From the NCBI GenBank assembly GCA_023267275.1, contig JAHFNO010000007.1:1-57766 (forward strand): a stretch of DNA of 57,766 bases, read 5' to 3'. Both the position numbers and the translations under genes were made by a program. Under the pieces are notes generated by a model. That model saw nothing but the letters and a program-made list of their open reading frames with translations, did not search any database and was not told the DNA's origin. Below, piece by piece: positions 27,771-37,091 of this stretch. Source of the stretch: Candidatus Nomurabacteria bacterium (GTDB taxonomy: Bacteria; Patescibacteriota; Minisyncoccia; Phycocordibacterales; UBA9973). Within the stretch, counting starts at the first letter, position 1. Every line of letters starts with the position of its first letter.

Positions 27771-28087
27771 ATTTGTCACTTTTGGTGAAGGAAAAATGTT
27801 TCATTGAAACCTTTAAGGTTGATGATGATTTTAAAATTTTTCATCGGGCATCACCGAGTGAGAATTTTTCAGGGAAGGGAATAAGTCCAATACAAGTAAT
27901 CGCCCAGTACATTTCAAACGATGGCATCAGGCTAGACACCAATTATGGTAACTTGCCTTATGTTCTTGTAATAGAAAAAATAAAGGCACTTATTAAAGAG
28001 GGTAAATAGTATGTTAATACAAGAGCTGGCTTATAATGCCAGCTCTTTTATATTTCTCCTCCACTTGAAAATGTGTATACTATTCAA

Positions 28088-29005
28088 ATGCATATCCTCA
28101 ACGCTATTCTTATTATTCTCGGACTCGCCGTCTTTGAAATTGTTTCTTCTATCGACAATGCCGTTATCAATGCCGAAATTCTCGATACGATGAGTCCACG
28201 CGGACGTCGTTGGTTTATGCTCTGGGGATTCCTTTTTGCAGTGTTTGCGGTGCGCGGTCTTTTGCCTTGGCTCATTGTTTGGGCGACAAATCCTGCGCTC
28301 GGCCCCGTTGGTGCATTCACCGCAACATTTTCAAACGATCCAGCAATCGCACAATCGATTGCACAATCTGCACCACTCCTCCTTGCTGGCGGTGGAATAT
28401 TTCTCGTATTTCTTTTTTTGCATTGGCTCTTTCTCGAACCGAAGGCGCTTGGTCTTCGTCACGAAAAATTCTTTTTGAAGCAAGGCGTTTGGTTTTATGG
28501 AGTATCGGCAGTCCTTCTTTCTGTCGTTGTCTGGTATGGACTTAAAACAAATCCGATTATGGCATTTGGCGCCGTCATTGGCTCAACCGCATTTTTCATT
28601 ATGCACGGTTTCAAAGAGAACGCAGAACGCGCCGAAGAAAAATTGAAAAAAGGTGATAGTGGACGTTCTGATCTTTCAAAAATTTTGTATCTCGAAATTA
28701 TCGATGCCTCATTTTCAATTGATGGTATTCTCGGCGCGTTCGCGTTTACACTCTCTGTTCCATATATTCTTATTGGAAATGGTATCGGCGCGTTTGTTTT
28801 ACGTGAGCTCACTGTCAAAAATATTGAAAATATCAAGAAATATAAATTTCTCAAAAACGGAGCAATGTACGCAATAGGCGCACTTTCCATCATTATGTTG
28901 CTCGGGGCTTTTGGTCACGAAGTACCCGAATGGGTTTCTCCAGCCGTAATGCTCGCCATAGTTGGGTATTTCTTTATAAAGTCTCGAAAAATAGTAAGTG
29001 CTTAA
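28088..29005 (+). CDS. DUF475 / TerC-like membrane protein
   Basis: FEIVSSIDNAVINAEIL, LYLEIIDASFSIDGILGAFA, LKNGAMYAIG. Confidence 0.9.
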   Translation: MHILNAILIILGLAVFEIVSSIDNAVINAEILDTMSPRGRRWFMLWGFLFAVFAVRGLLPWLIVWATNPALGPVGAFTATFSNDPAIAQSIAQSAPLLLAGGGIFLVFLFLHWLFLEPKALGLRHEKFFLKQGVWFYGVSAVLLSVVVWYGLKTNPIMAFGAVIGSTAFFIMHGFKENAERAEEKLKKGDSGRSDLSKILYLEIIDASFSIDGILGAFAFTLSVPYILIGNGIGAFVLRELTVKNIENIKKYKFLKNGAMYAIGALSIIMLLGAFGHEVPEWVSPAVMLAIVGYFFIKSRKIVSA

Positions 29006-29038
29006 CAATTCACGTCAGCTGACGTAGATTGTTAAGCA
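28999..29038. repeat. TTAACAAT-CGTCAGCTGACG palindrome, copy 1
   Basis: tgcttaacaattcacgtcagctgacgtagattgttaagca; related to 30936-30973. Confidence 0.8.
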
Positions 29039-29123
29039 AAAGAGCAAAAATATATAGCACCTACGACGGCCGTCGTTCGTGCTATATATTTCTAAAACCC
29101 CCTTTTTCTGGTAGAGTAGTGTG

Positions 29124-30899
29124 ATGTTCTCGTTTCGAAAAATAATGAAATATGTGTGGCCCTCAATGCGGAAACATAAGGCCGCTTTTTTGGGTATTCT
29201 TGTTCTATTTCTTTTTCGTATCGTTGTTGATACTATTCGACCGCTTTTTCTTAAGAAAATTATCGATCTTATTGCTTTCCATGGTATTGATCGCAGTCTT
29301 GTTTCAGCACAGCTCTATCACACTATTTTTATTCTCTTTTTTCTGTATTTCTTTGCTTTTGCGTTTGGCCGAATCAGTAAATATCTCCATCTCCGATTTG
29401 AATTTAACGTAATCAAAGAATTGCGTGATTTTGCGTTTCAAAAAATTCAAGGACAATCGAATGTGTTCTTTTCGAATATGTTTGCGGGAAGTTTGGTTAC
29501 AAAATCAAACCGTTTTGTCGGTTCGTTTGAAAAGATGTTTGATATTTTTATCTACAACTTCTATTACACCACAGTAACTTTTATCACTATTTTTGTCGTG
29601 TTGTTTATTCAGTCAAAATTTATTTGTTTCGTATTCTCACTTTGGGTTCTCTTTTTTATATCGATTGTTGGATTCTTTGTTCGCAAGAAGATTAAATATG
29701 ACCTCGAAGAAGCAGAAGCTGATTCGCGTATTTCTGGTCGTCTCGCCGATGTGTTTGGAAACAATATTGCCGTAAAAACATATTCGGCTGGTCCAATTGA
29801 GTACAGTTCGTTTCAGGATCTTACGACAGAAGCAAAAGCAAAAAGTGAAAAGGCTTGGTACTTTGCAAATCGCATTGACAGTCTTCAAGGATTTTTGAAC
29901 TTTATCGTGCAATGTTGTGTGTTGTTTACTCTTGTATATTTCTGGATTGCGGGAAAAATTTCTGCAGGTACTGTGGTGCTTGTACAGTCGTACATGGGAA
30001 GTGTCTTTGATCGTCTATGGGATCTAGGAAACTCACTCGGTCAATTTATGAAGCGCGCGGCCGACATGCAAGAAGTTGTTGATATTTTTGAAATGCCAGT
30101 CGTTGTGCAGGATCCAATACATCCTGAGCCGCTCAAAATGAAAGAAGGTCGTATTGTGTTTGATTCGATGTCATTCTCATACAACGAAGGCCGTGAGATT
30201 TTTGCTAATTTGAATCTAGTTATTGAACCAGGAGAGAAAATTGGTATTGTGGGGCATTCCGGTGCTGGAAAATCAACGATTACAAAATTATTGTTGCGTT
30301 TTTCTGATGTAACCGAGGGCTCGATCACCATTGATGGTCAGGATGTGCGTGTAGTTACGCAAAATGATCTGCATTCAGTGATTTCTTATGTGCCACAAGA
30401 ACCACTACTTTTCCATCGTACAATTCGTGAAAATATTGCATATGGTAATCCTGATGTAACACTCGAGGAAGTAATGGAAGCTGCGAAGCGTGCAAATGCT
30501 CATGAATTTATTGAAGCACTTCCGTATGGATATGATACATATGTTGGTGAGCGTGGTGTAAAACTCTCGGGCGGTGAACGCCAGCGTGTAGCTATTGCGC
30601 GTGCGATTCTCAAAAACGCACCGATACTTTTGCTTGATGAAGCAACCAGCTCGCTTGATTCGCATTCTGAAAATCTCATTCAAGGAGCGTTCGATGAATT
30701 GATGAAGGGGAAGACGACGATTGTCATTGCACACCGACTCTCCACTATTCAAAAAATGGATCGCATTATCGTGTTGGAAAACGGCGTAATTGCCGAGGAA
30801 GGAACACACACAAAACTTTTGGAAAATCCAAACAGTCTCTATTCTGCTATGTGGAATCTACAAGCAGGTGGATTTATCGATACTGAAGAACGCGAATAA
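29124..30899 (+). CDS. ABC exporter, fused TMD-NBD (MsbA/ABCB-like)
   Basis: TM domain, GHSGAGKST, LSGGERQR, LLDEATS, IAHRLST. Confidence 0.95.
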   Translation: MFSFRKIMKYVWPSMRKHKAAFLGILVLFLFRIVVDTIRPLFLKKIIDLIAFHGIDRSLVSAQLYHTIFILFFLYFFAFAFGRISKYLHLRFEFNVIKELRDFAFQKIQGQSNVFFSNMFAGSLVTKSNRFVGSFEKMFDIFIYNFYYTTVTFITIFVVLFIQSKFICFVFSLWVLFFISIVGFFVRKKIKYDLEEAEADSRISGRLADVFGNNIAVKTYSAGPIEYSSFQDLTTEAKAKSEKAWYFANRIDSLQGFLNFIVQCCVLFTLVYFWIAGKISAGTVVLVQSYMGSVFDRLWDLGNSLGQFMKRAADMQEVVDIFEMPVVVQDPIHPEPLKMKEGRIVFDSMSFSYNEGREIFANLNLVIEPGEKIGIVGHSGAGKSTITKLLLRFSDVTEGSITIDGQDVRVVTQNDLHSVISYVPQEPLLFHRTIRENIAYGNPDVTLEEVMEAAKRANAHEFIEALPYGYDTYVGERGVKLSGGERQRVAIARAILKNAPILLLDEATSSLDSHSENLIQGAFDELMKGKTTIVIAHRLSTIQKMDRIIVLENGVIAEEGTHTKLLENPNSLYSAMWNLQAGGFIDTEERE

Positions 30900-30935
30900 T
30901 TCAAATATTTAATCACTTAGGTTTTCCTCAGGCTT

Positions 30936-30973
30936 TATTAACAATCCGCGTCAGCTGACGCGGATTGTTAATA
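30936..30973. repeat. perfect 38-bp palindrome, copy 2
   Basis: tattaacaatccgcgtcag|ctgacgcggattgttaata. Confidence 0.85.
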
Positions 30974-31116
30974 TGAATACAAATAGGTTGCCGTTTTAGC
31001 ACCAACACCAGATATCAACTCGTACTCTTGAGTAGGGGTAGTTGAGGTGTATAATATAGGTCCGTTATTATAAATAATTAATTTTATGTGTAATTAGTTT
31101 TGGTTTTTAAGAGGTT

Positions 31117-31147
31117 ATTCTTAATTCCTAATTCTTAATTCCTAATT
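31117..31147. repeat. heptamer array upstream of gdhA
   Basis: attctta attccta attctta attccta att. Confidence 0.8.
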
Positions 31148-31153
31148 TTTCTC

Positions 31154-32377
31154 ATGTCCAATCCATTCGAGAATGCAATGATGCAGTTGAAGCGTGCTAC
31201 CGCAGTTCAGCCTTTTCCTGAAGCCTTTATGAAGCAGATCTCCACGCCAAATCGTGAAGTGCGTATTTCTATTCCTGTGATGATGGACAATGGCACACTT
31301 GAGGTGTTTGAAGGATATCGTGTAGAGCACAACAATGCTCGTGGTCCATACAAAGGTGGTATTCGCTACCATCATAATACTGATATCAACGAAGTGAAAG
31401 CGCTCGCATTTTGGATGGCACTCAAATGTGCCGTGGCAAATATTCCGATGGGTGGAGGAAAAGGTGGTATCACTGTTGACCCAAAAATACTTTCAAAAAA
31501 TGAACTCGAAAAACTTTCACGTGGTTGGGCGCGCGGTATGGCAGATATTCTTGGACCGAAAAAAGATGTCCCAGCTCCAGATGTAAACACGACTCCAGAA
31601 ATCATGGCATGGATGAATGATGAATTCATGACTATCTCCGGTGAAAAAACACTCGCAACATTTACCGGTAAACCACTCGACAAGGGAGGTTCAGAAGGTC
31701 GTGGTGCGGCAACAGGACTCGGAGGATTTTATGTCTTCGATGTGCTTCGTGAAAAATTCAATGTTGCTCCGGGTGCGAGCGTGGTCATTCAAGGATTTGG
31801 AAATGTGGGTGGAAACGCCGGAGAAATTTTTGTGGCAAATGGCTACAAGGTAATAGCCATGAGTGATTCAAAAGGTGGAATTGTAAAAGACGATGGACTT
31901 GATATTAAAGCGCTTGAAGAATGGAAAAAGACAAATGGCACACTCGCAGGATTCCCTGGATCACGCATAGTGACAAATGCCGAACTTCTTGAACTTCCAT
32001 GTGATGTGCTTATTCCTGCCGCACTCGAAAATCAAATTACAGCTGACAATGCAGACAAAATTAAGGCCAAGTTTATTCTTGAGCTTGCCAATGGTCCAAT
32101 CACACCTGAGGCTGATGAAATTTTGTACAAGAAAAATATTCCCGTCGTGCCAGACATTCTTGCAAACTCTGGTGGTGTGACTGTTTCGACATTTGAATGG
32201 GAGCAAAATTTAAAAGGGGAACATTGGAGTGAAATGGATGTAAATGCAAAACTCAAAGAATTGCTCAATCGTGAAGCGCTTGCAATTTATGAAAAATCAG
32301 TGGCAGTAAAAACCGATCTTCGTCGTGCAGCATTTATTGTGGCACTCGAACGTATTGCCTCTGCTATGGGGTACTAG
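31154..32377 (+). CDS. gdhA: Glu/Leu/Phe/Val dehydrogenase, probably glutamate dehydrogenase
   Basis: GPYKGGIRY, GGGKGG, DVPAPD, QGFGNVG, ELANGP, DILANSGGVTVS. Confidence 0.93.
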   Translation: MSNPFENAMMQLKRATAVQPFPEAFMKQISTPNREVRISIPVMMDNGTLEVFEGYRVEHNNARGPYKGGIRYHHNTDINEVKALAFWMALKCAVANIPMGGGKGGITVDPKILSKNELEKLSRGWARGMADILGPKKDVPAPDVNTTPEIMAWMNDEFMTISGEKTLATFTGKPLDKGGSEGRGAATGLGGFYVFDVLREKFNVAPGASVVIQGFGNVGGNAGEIFVANGYKVIAMSDSKGGIVKDDGLDIKALEEWKKTNGTLAGFPGSRIVTNAELLELPCDVLIPAALENQITADNADKIKAKFILELANGPITPEADEILYKKNIPVVPDILANSGGVTVSTFEWEQNLKGEHWSEMDVNAKLKELLNREALAIYEKSVAVKTDLRRAAFIVALERIASAMGY

Positions 32378-32410
32378 CAGAAAATTTTGATTACAAAATT
32401 TTCTGCAGGG

Positions 32411-32438
32411 TATAGGGGCTAGGTTCTAGGGTCTAGCT
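32411..32438. repeat. heptamer array downstream of gdhA
   Basis: tataggg gctaggt tctaggg tctagct. Confidence 0.7.
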
Positions 32439-32519
32439 AATATGCAATACAAGAGCGCGACTAAAAGTCGCGCTCTTGTATTTGGGAAAAAGAGGGTGTG
32501 CGGGTATACTTATTTCGTA

Positions 32520-33842
32520 ATGTCTCGCGCAAATAAAATTCAAATCATTAAATATGCGCCACCGCCATCAGACCTTCCAGTATATGGAAATGTAAATCAG
32601 GCCGAAGTCTCATTTATTGGACGCACTAATTACGTCGCAGCACTCGAAGAGAAAAAATTTATTTTTGGCATTAAACGCGCAGATCGAAAACGTCATTTAT
32701 ATATTCTTGGGAAGTCTGGTGTAGGTAAAACAAAACTCCTTGAGCTTTTTATCCGCCAGGATATTGCATATGGTCACGGCGTGTGTGTTATCGATCCACA
32801 TGGAGAGCTTATCAACGATTTACTCGATTTTATTCCAGAGAAGCGAATCAATGATGTGTGTTTGATTGATCCATCAGATACTGAATCACCGGTGGTTTTT
32901 AATCCTATCTATAAAGTAGATCCTGAGTTCAAACATCAATTTACCCAGAATTTTATTGAATTGCTTCAATTACAGTTTGGTTCCAATTGGACACCTCGTC
33001 TCGAGCACGTACTTCGATTTACATTGCTTGCTCTTCTCGATTATCCTGAAGCAACTCTACAAGGAATTGTATTGATGCTTACCGATGCCTCCTATCGAGA
33101 AAAAGTACTTGAACAAAGTAGTGACGAAATGGTGAAGCGTTTTTGGAAGAATGAATTTGCTGAATGGTCTGAAAAATTCAATACTGATGCCGTTATTCCA
33201 ATCATCAATAAACTCTCTCAGTTTTTTTCCAATGCCGGACTGCGTGCAATGTTCAGTCAGCATGATAACAAAATCAATTTTGATGAAATGATGGATCAAA
33301 AAAAGATCGTGCTTGTAAATCTTGCGCAAGAACAGATCGGTGAAGAAAATGCGAGTTTCCTTGGCTCTATTATTTTGACCAAGATAAAAGAGGCTGGAAT
33401 GCATCGCGCTCGTCGAGGTAAAGAAGCTCTCGCTGATTTTTATTTGTATCTTGATGAATTTCAAAAAATTATTACAGATTCTTTCGAGGGTTTTCTTGCT
33501 GCTTCAAGAAAGTACGGTATCAATCTTACTCTTGCAAATCAGTATGTGAGCCAGCTCTCAAAAAAGATTGAACATGCAGTGCTCGGTAATGCTGGAACAC
33601 TGATCGTCTTTCGTGTGGGTGGTGAAGACGCTACGTTACTCAAGCCAGAGTTTGCACCAGTATTTGATGTGAAGGATTTAATCAATCTAGGAATCGGTGA
33701 ATTTTATATCAAGACAATAATCGACGGGGAATCGAACGATCCATTTTCCGCCGAAACGCTTAAAGTGCTTCCTGCACCGAGTGCAAGCAATAAGGAAAAA
33801 ATTATCGAAGCTTCTCGAGCACAGTTTTCTCGTTCAGAGTAG
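32520..33842 (+). CDS. TraG/VirD4/TrwB-like (HerA/FtsK superfamily) ATPase
   Basis: RHLYILGKSGVGKT, IDPHGEL, LYLDEFQ, SRKYG..LANQY; start 32520 inferred. Confidence 0.88.
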   Translation: MSRANKIQIIKYAPPPSDLPVYGNVNQAEVSFIGRTNYVAALEEKKFIFGIKRADRKRHLYILGKSGVGKTKLLELFIRQDIAYGHGVCVIDPHGELINDLLDFIPEKRINDVCLIDPSDTESPVVFNPIYKVDPEFKHQFTQNFIELLQLQFGSNWTPRLEHVLRFTLLALLDYPEATLQGIVLMLTDASYREKVLEQSSDEMVKRFWKNEFAEWSEKFNTDAVIPIINKLSQFFSNAGLRAMFSQHDNKINFDEMMDQKKIVLVNLAQEQIGEENASFLGSIILTKIKEAGMHRARRGKEALADFYLYLDEFQKIITDSFEGFLAASRKYGINLTLANQYVSQLSKKIEHAVLGNAGTLIVFRVGGEDATLLKPEFAPVFDVKDLINLGIGEFYIKTIIDGESNDPFSAETLKVLPAPSASNKEKIIEASRAQFSRSE

Positions 33843-33892
33843 ATGTATAGACGTAGCAATTTTTATATGGTAATGTGAAGAAAACTTGCCGT

Positions 33893-34732
33893 ATGAAAAT
33901 GAATAATCTAATACACATACATTTTTACTTTAACAATAAAGTATACTGTCGCAAATTTGTTCTTGGAGATTATCCTGTAACAAAAAGATCACTCGGAATA
34001 CTAAATAGTTTAAATAATTCGGACCATCCGGTTATTCAAAAAATCTATACTTTTCTTCATGGGATTTGGCGTTTGAAGAAAGGCAAGGATCCTTGTCTGG
34101 CATATAAAGGAGAAAAAAATCCCAAGCTTGCGTTTACTAATGTTTGCACTGAAATTGCCCGAAGGGAGATTATGATTCATGTTCACGAGTTGATGTATAT
34201 TACAACATCAATAAAAGACATTCTTGAAAACGTCCATGATAATCTAGCAGAGATATTTGGTCTTATGCTTATTGATCAACATTTCGATTCTGCGAAAAAA
34301 GTATGCCACCTGGAAGTTTCGTATGAAGATTTTGGCTTTAAAGAAAAAGATTTGAGGGCTAAAATTGCCCTGGCAGCCATTCAAAAATTGAAGGATACAG
34401 GATTTGATTTTTACCTCGATATTGCTAGGGATGAATTACAAAAATGTTCCCTTTCATTTTCCGATATTGGAATTGATGAAAGACAGATTCTTGTCGAAGC
34501 AGCAAAAATAAGAGCAAAAACTGAAATTCAAAATTACCTTTCTCGGTATAAAGCAGAAATTCCCTGGTCTATGCAGTACTATAGTTTTTTTCTTATTGCT
34601 GCAATTCAAATACTTGAGCCATTTGGTTTAAGTTTGCAGGCAATTATGTCAAAGAAGAAAGCAGAATATCTGGAAGCACTTGCTGAACAATACGAAAAAG
34701 AAAAACAACACAAAAACCTTGCTGCTGCATAG
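33893..34732 (+). CDS. hypothetical protein (AT-rich orphan between the two ATPases)
   Basis: ORF 33875-34732; no family recognised. Confidence 0.65.
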   Translation: MKMNNLIHIHFYFNNKVYCRKFVLGDYPVTKRSLGILNSLNNSDHPVIQKIYTFLHGIWRLKKGKDPCLAYKGEKNPKLAFTNVCTEIARREIMIHVHELMYITTSIKDILENVHDNLAEIFGLMLIDQHFDSAKKVCHLEVSYEDFGFKEKDLRAKIALAAIQKLKDTGFDFYLDIARDELQKCSLSFSDIGIDERQILVEAAKIRAKTEIQNYLSRYKAEIPWSMQYYSFFLIAAIQILEPFGLSLQAIMSKKKAEYLEALAEQYEKEKQHKNLAAA

Positions 34733-34841
34733 CGGTAAGGTTTTTTCTTTTGTATATATACCAGATACCGAATACTCCATATCGTATACCCACACACTTA
34801 CCTTTTGCTAAAAAGTAAGTGTGTGGGTATACTTATACCAT

Positions 34842-37079
34842 ATGGACTTTCTCCCCGATGGGGTTGCTTTTAATAAAGAAATCACGTACCTGGCGAAAAC
34901 AAATTTCCGAAACCAGGAGCAGGTTTTTGGCATCAAACGCCGAGACCGTCGTCAGCATATGTACATACTCGGAAAATCTGGATCCGGTAAATCTGCAATG
35001 CTCGGCAACATGATTGTGCAAAATATTTGGAATGGCGAAGGTGTGTGTGTCGTGGATCCGCACGGCGAGCTCGTTGAATCGATCCTTGCTACTATTCCGG
35101 CGCATCGCGTGAAAGACGTGGTGTATTTCAATCCTGCCGATACCGACTTTCATATTGGGTTCAATGTGTTGCAAATTGATGACCCAAAATATAAGCATCT
35201 TGTGGCATCGGGACTCATGGGAATCTTTACAAAGATTTGGGCAAATGCTTGGTCTGCTCGTATGGAATACATTTTGAACAATGCGATTCTTGCGTTGGCG
35301 GATACACCGGGTTCGACACTGCTTGGAATTCCGCGACTTCTCGTGGACAAAGATTATCGTCAGCTCGTGGTAAACAATTTGAAGGATCCAGTGATCAAAG
35401 CGTTTTGGGTGCATGAGTACGAAGCGTGGCGTGATCAATATCGTAATGAAGCAATCGCTCCAATTCAAAACAAAGTGGGGCAATTTCTCTCTGCCTCAAT
35501 GGTGCGCAACGTTGTCGGTCAATCAAAATCCACGATTGATCTTTTTGAAATGATGAACAGTGGAAAAATTTTCTTGGTCAACGTTTCAAAGGGACGTATC
35601 GGTGAAGACAATTCTGCGCTTTTGGGTGGAATGCTCATCACCAAGATTCAGCTTGCGGCGATGGAACGTGTGCGTATTCCGGAAGATGAGCGTAAAGATT
35701 TCTTTTTGTATGTGGACGAATTCCAAAACTTCGTGACCGATTCATTTGCTTCGATTCTTTCTGAGGCACGAAAATACCGTCTCAACCTTACACTGGCGCA
35801 TCAATATATTGCTCAGCTTGTCACCAAAGATTCTGAGGCGGTGCGTGATGCCGTGTTCGGCAACGTGGGAACGATGATTATTTTCCGCGTGGGTGCTGCC
35901 GATGCAGAATTTTTGGAAAAAGAATTTGAGCCAGAATTTATGATTCAAGATCTCGTGAATTTGCCGAACTATCAAATATATTTGAAGCTCATGGTAGATG
36001 GCATTACGAGTCGTCCATTTTCTGCAAAAACACTTCCACCATTCAAAACTCCAGCAAGTAGCAATGTGGCAGAAGAAATTATTGAGTCATCACGCAAGCT
36101 CTACGCACGCCCACGCGAAATTGTAGAACGCGAAATCAACGAGTGGAGCGGTATGGTGAGTAGTGGATCAGCAAATGAAGGTGAAGGAAAATTTAAGGCC
36201 ATTTGTTCTTCATGTGGAAAGGAGACGACGGTACCATTTGAACCAGAACCAGGACGACCAATCTATTGTAAAGATTGTATTGCAAAAATTAAGTCGGGAG
36301 AATTGAAGCCGTTGAAGGGGACTCGCAGTAAGGCACTTGAACCGCAATCATTTGCCCCACTCGCAAATCTTGGAATCGAATTTGCTCCGGAGAAAACTGA
36401 AGTGACAATGCCGGCACCAGCTTCGGCTCCACGTATGCAAACTACTCCGCTTCAATCGAGTGCTCCAATGAAAACAATGCCTGCACCAGCGACACAACCT
36501 GTTGCACCGCAAGCACAAAAACCTGTAGAAAATAGACCAACATCACGTCCGGCACGATTTGTTCGACCTGCTCCAGTTGCTCCAGTGATTGCTTCAGTAA
36601 AAACTCCACCAGTCGTCGATAAAGCGATCCATGAACCACGAGAGAAAAAAGGACCCGACCACGAAGGTTTGCAGAATATTTTGAAACAGGCACTTGGCGA
36701 TGCATTGAATATGATTGAAGAAAAAAAGCCAGCTACTCCACCAGCACCAGTCGCTCCCAAAACTGAAGAGAAAAAAACCATTTCACTTGCTTCTTTGAAG
36801 AAAACTGAACCAAGCGCAAATGGTATAAAGATGCAGACAAAGACTGCTTCAGATCAAAACGTTTCTTCGCTCGCCGCTGCGATTGCTGCTGCAAGAAATA
36901 GTGTTGCAAAACCAGCACAGAAACCAGAGAACATAAAAATACAAGAACAGGAAAACAAGAAAACCGAAGAAAAAAAAGAGGAAGAAACTGAAGAAAAAAA
37001 GGAAACAGTAAAAGAAGCAAAACCCAAAAAAATCAAAGAAGTTCCTGAGGAAGTATTACGAAAAGTGTTAAACGAGTAA
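34842..37079 (+). CDS. TraG/VirD4-like ATPase with CxxC-x17-CxxC domain and Pro/Lys/Glu-rich tail
   Basis: GKSGSGKS, VDPHGEL, YVDEFQN, SEARKY; CSSC-GKETTVPFEPEPGRPIY-CKDC. Confidence 0.9.
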   Translation: MDFLPDGVAFNKEITYLAKTNFRNQEQVFGIKRRDRRQHMYILGKSGSGKSAMLGNMIVQNIWNGEGVCVVDPHGELVESILATIPAHRVKDVVYFNPADTDFHIGFNVLQIDDPKYKHLVASGLMGIFTKIWANAWSARMEYILNNAILALADTPGSTLLGIPRLLVDKDYRQLVVNNLKDPVIKAFWVHEYEAWRDQYRNEAIAPIQNKVGQFLSASMVRNVVGQSKSTIDLFEMMNSGKIFLVNVSKGRIGEDNSALLGGMLITKIQLAAMERVRIPEDERKDFFLYVDEFQNFVTDSFASILSEARKYRLNLTLAHQYIAQLVTKDSEAVRDAVFGNVGTMIIFRVGAADAEFLEKEFEPEFMIQDLVNLPNYQIYLKLMVDGITSRPFSAKTLPPFKTPASSNVAEEIIESSRKLYARPREIVEREINEWSGMVSSGSANEGEGKFKAICSSCGKETTVPFEPEPGRPIYCKDCIAKIKSGELKPLKGTRSKALEPQSFAPLANLGIEFAPEKTEVTMPAPASAPRMQTTPLQSSAPMKTMPAPATQPVAPQAQKPVENRPTSRPARFVRPAPVAPVIASVKTPPVVDKAIHEPREKKGPDHEGLQNILKQALGDALNMIEEKKPATPPAPVAPKTEEKKTISLASLKKTEPSANGIKMQTKTASDQNVSSLAAAIAAARNSVAKPAQKPENIKIQEQENKKTEEKKEEETEEKKETVKEAKPKKIKEVPEEVLRKVLNE

Positions 37080-37091
37080 TCACGCTTCTGT

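Larger units (their letters stand above)
23001..28050. mobile_element. integrative island or remnant at tRNA-Ala
   Basis: Integrase directly after the tRNA, XRE regulator, AT-rich orphans and decayed DNA; right end inferred from composition; no attR seen. Confidence 0.65.
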
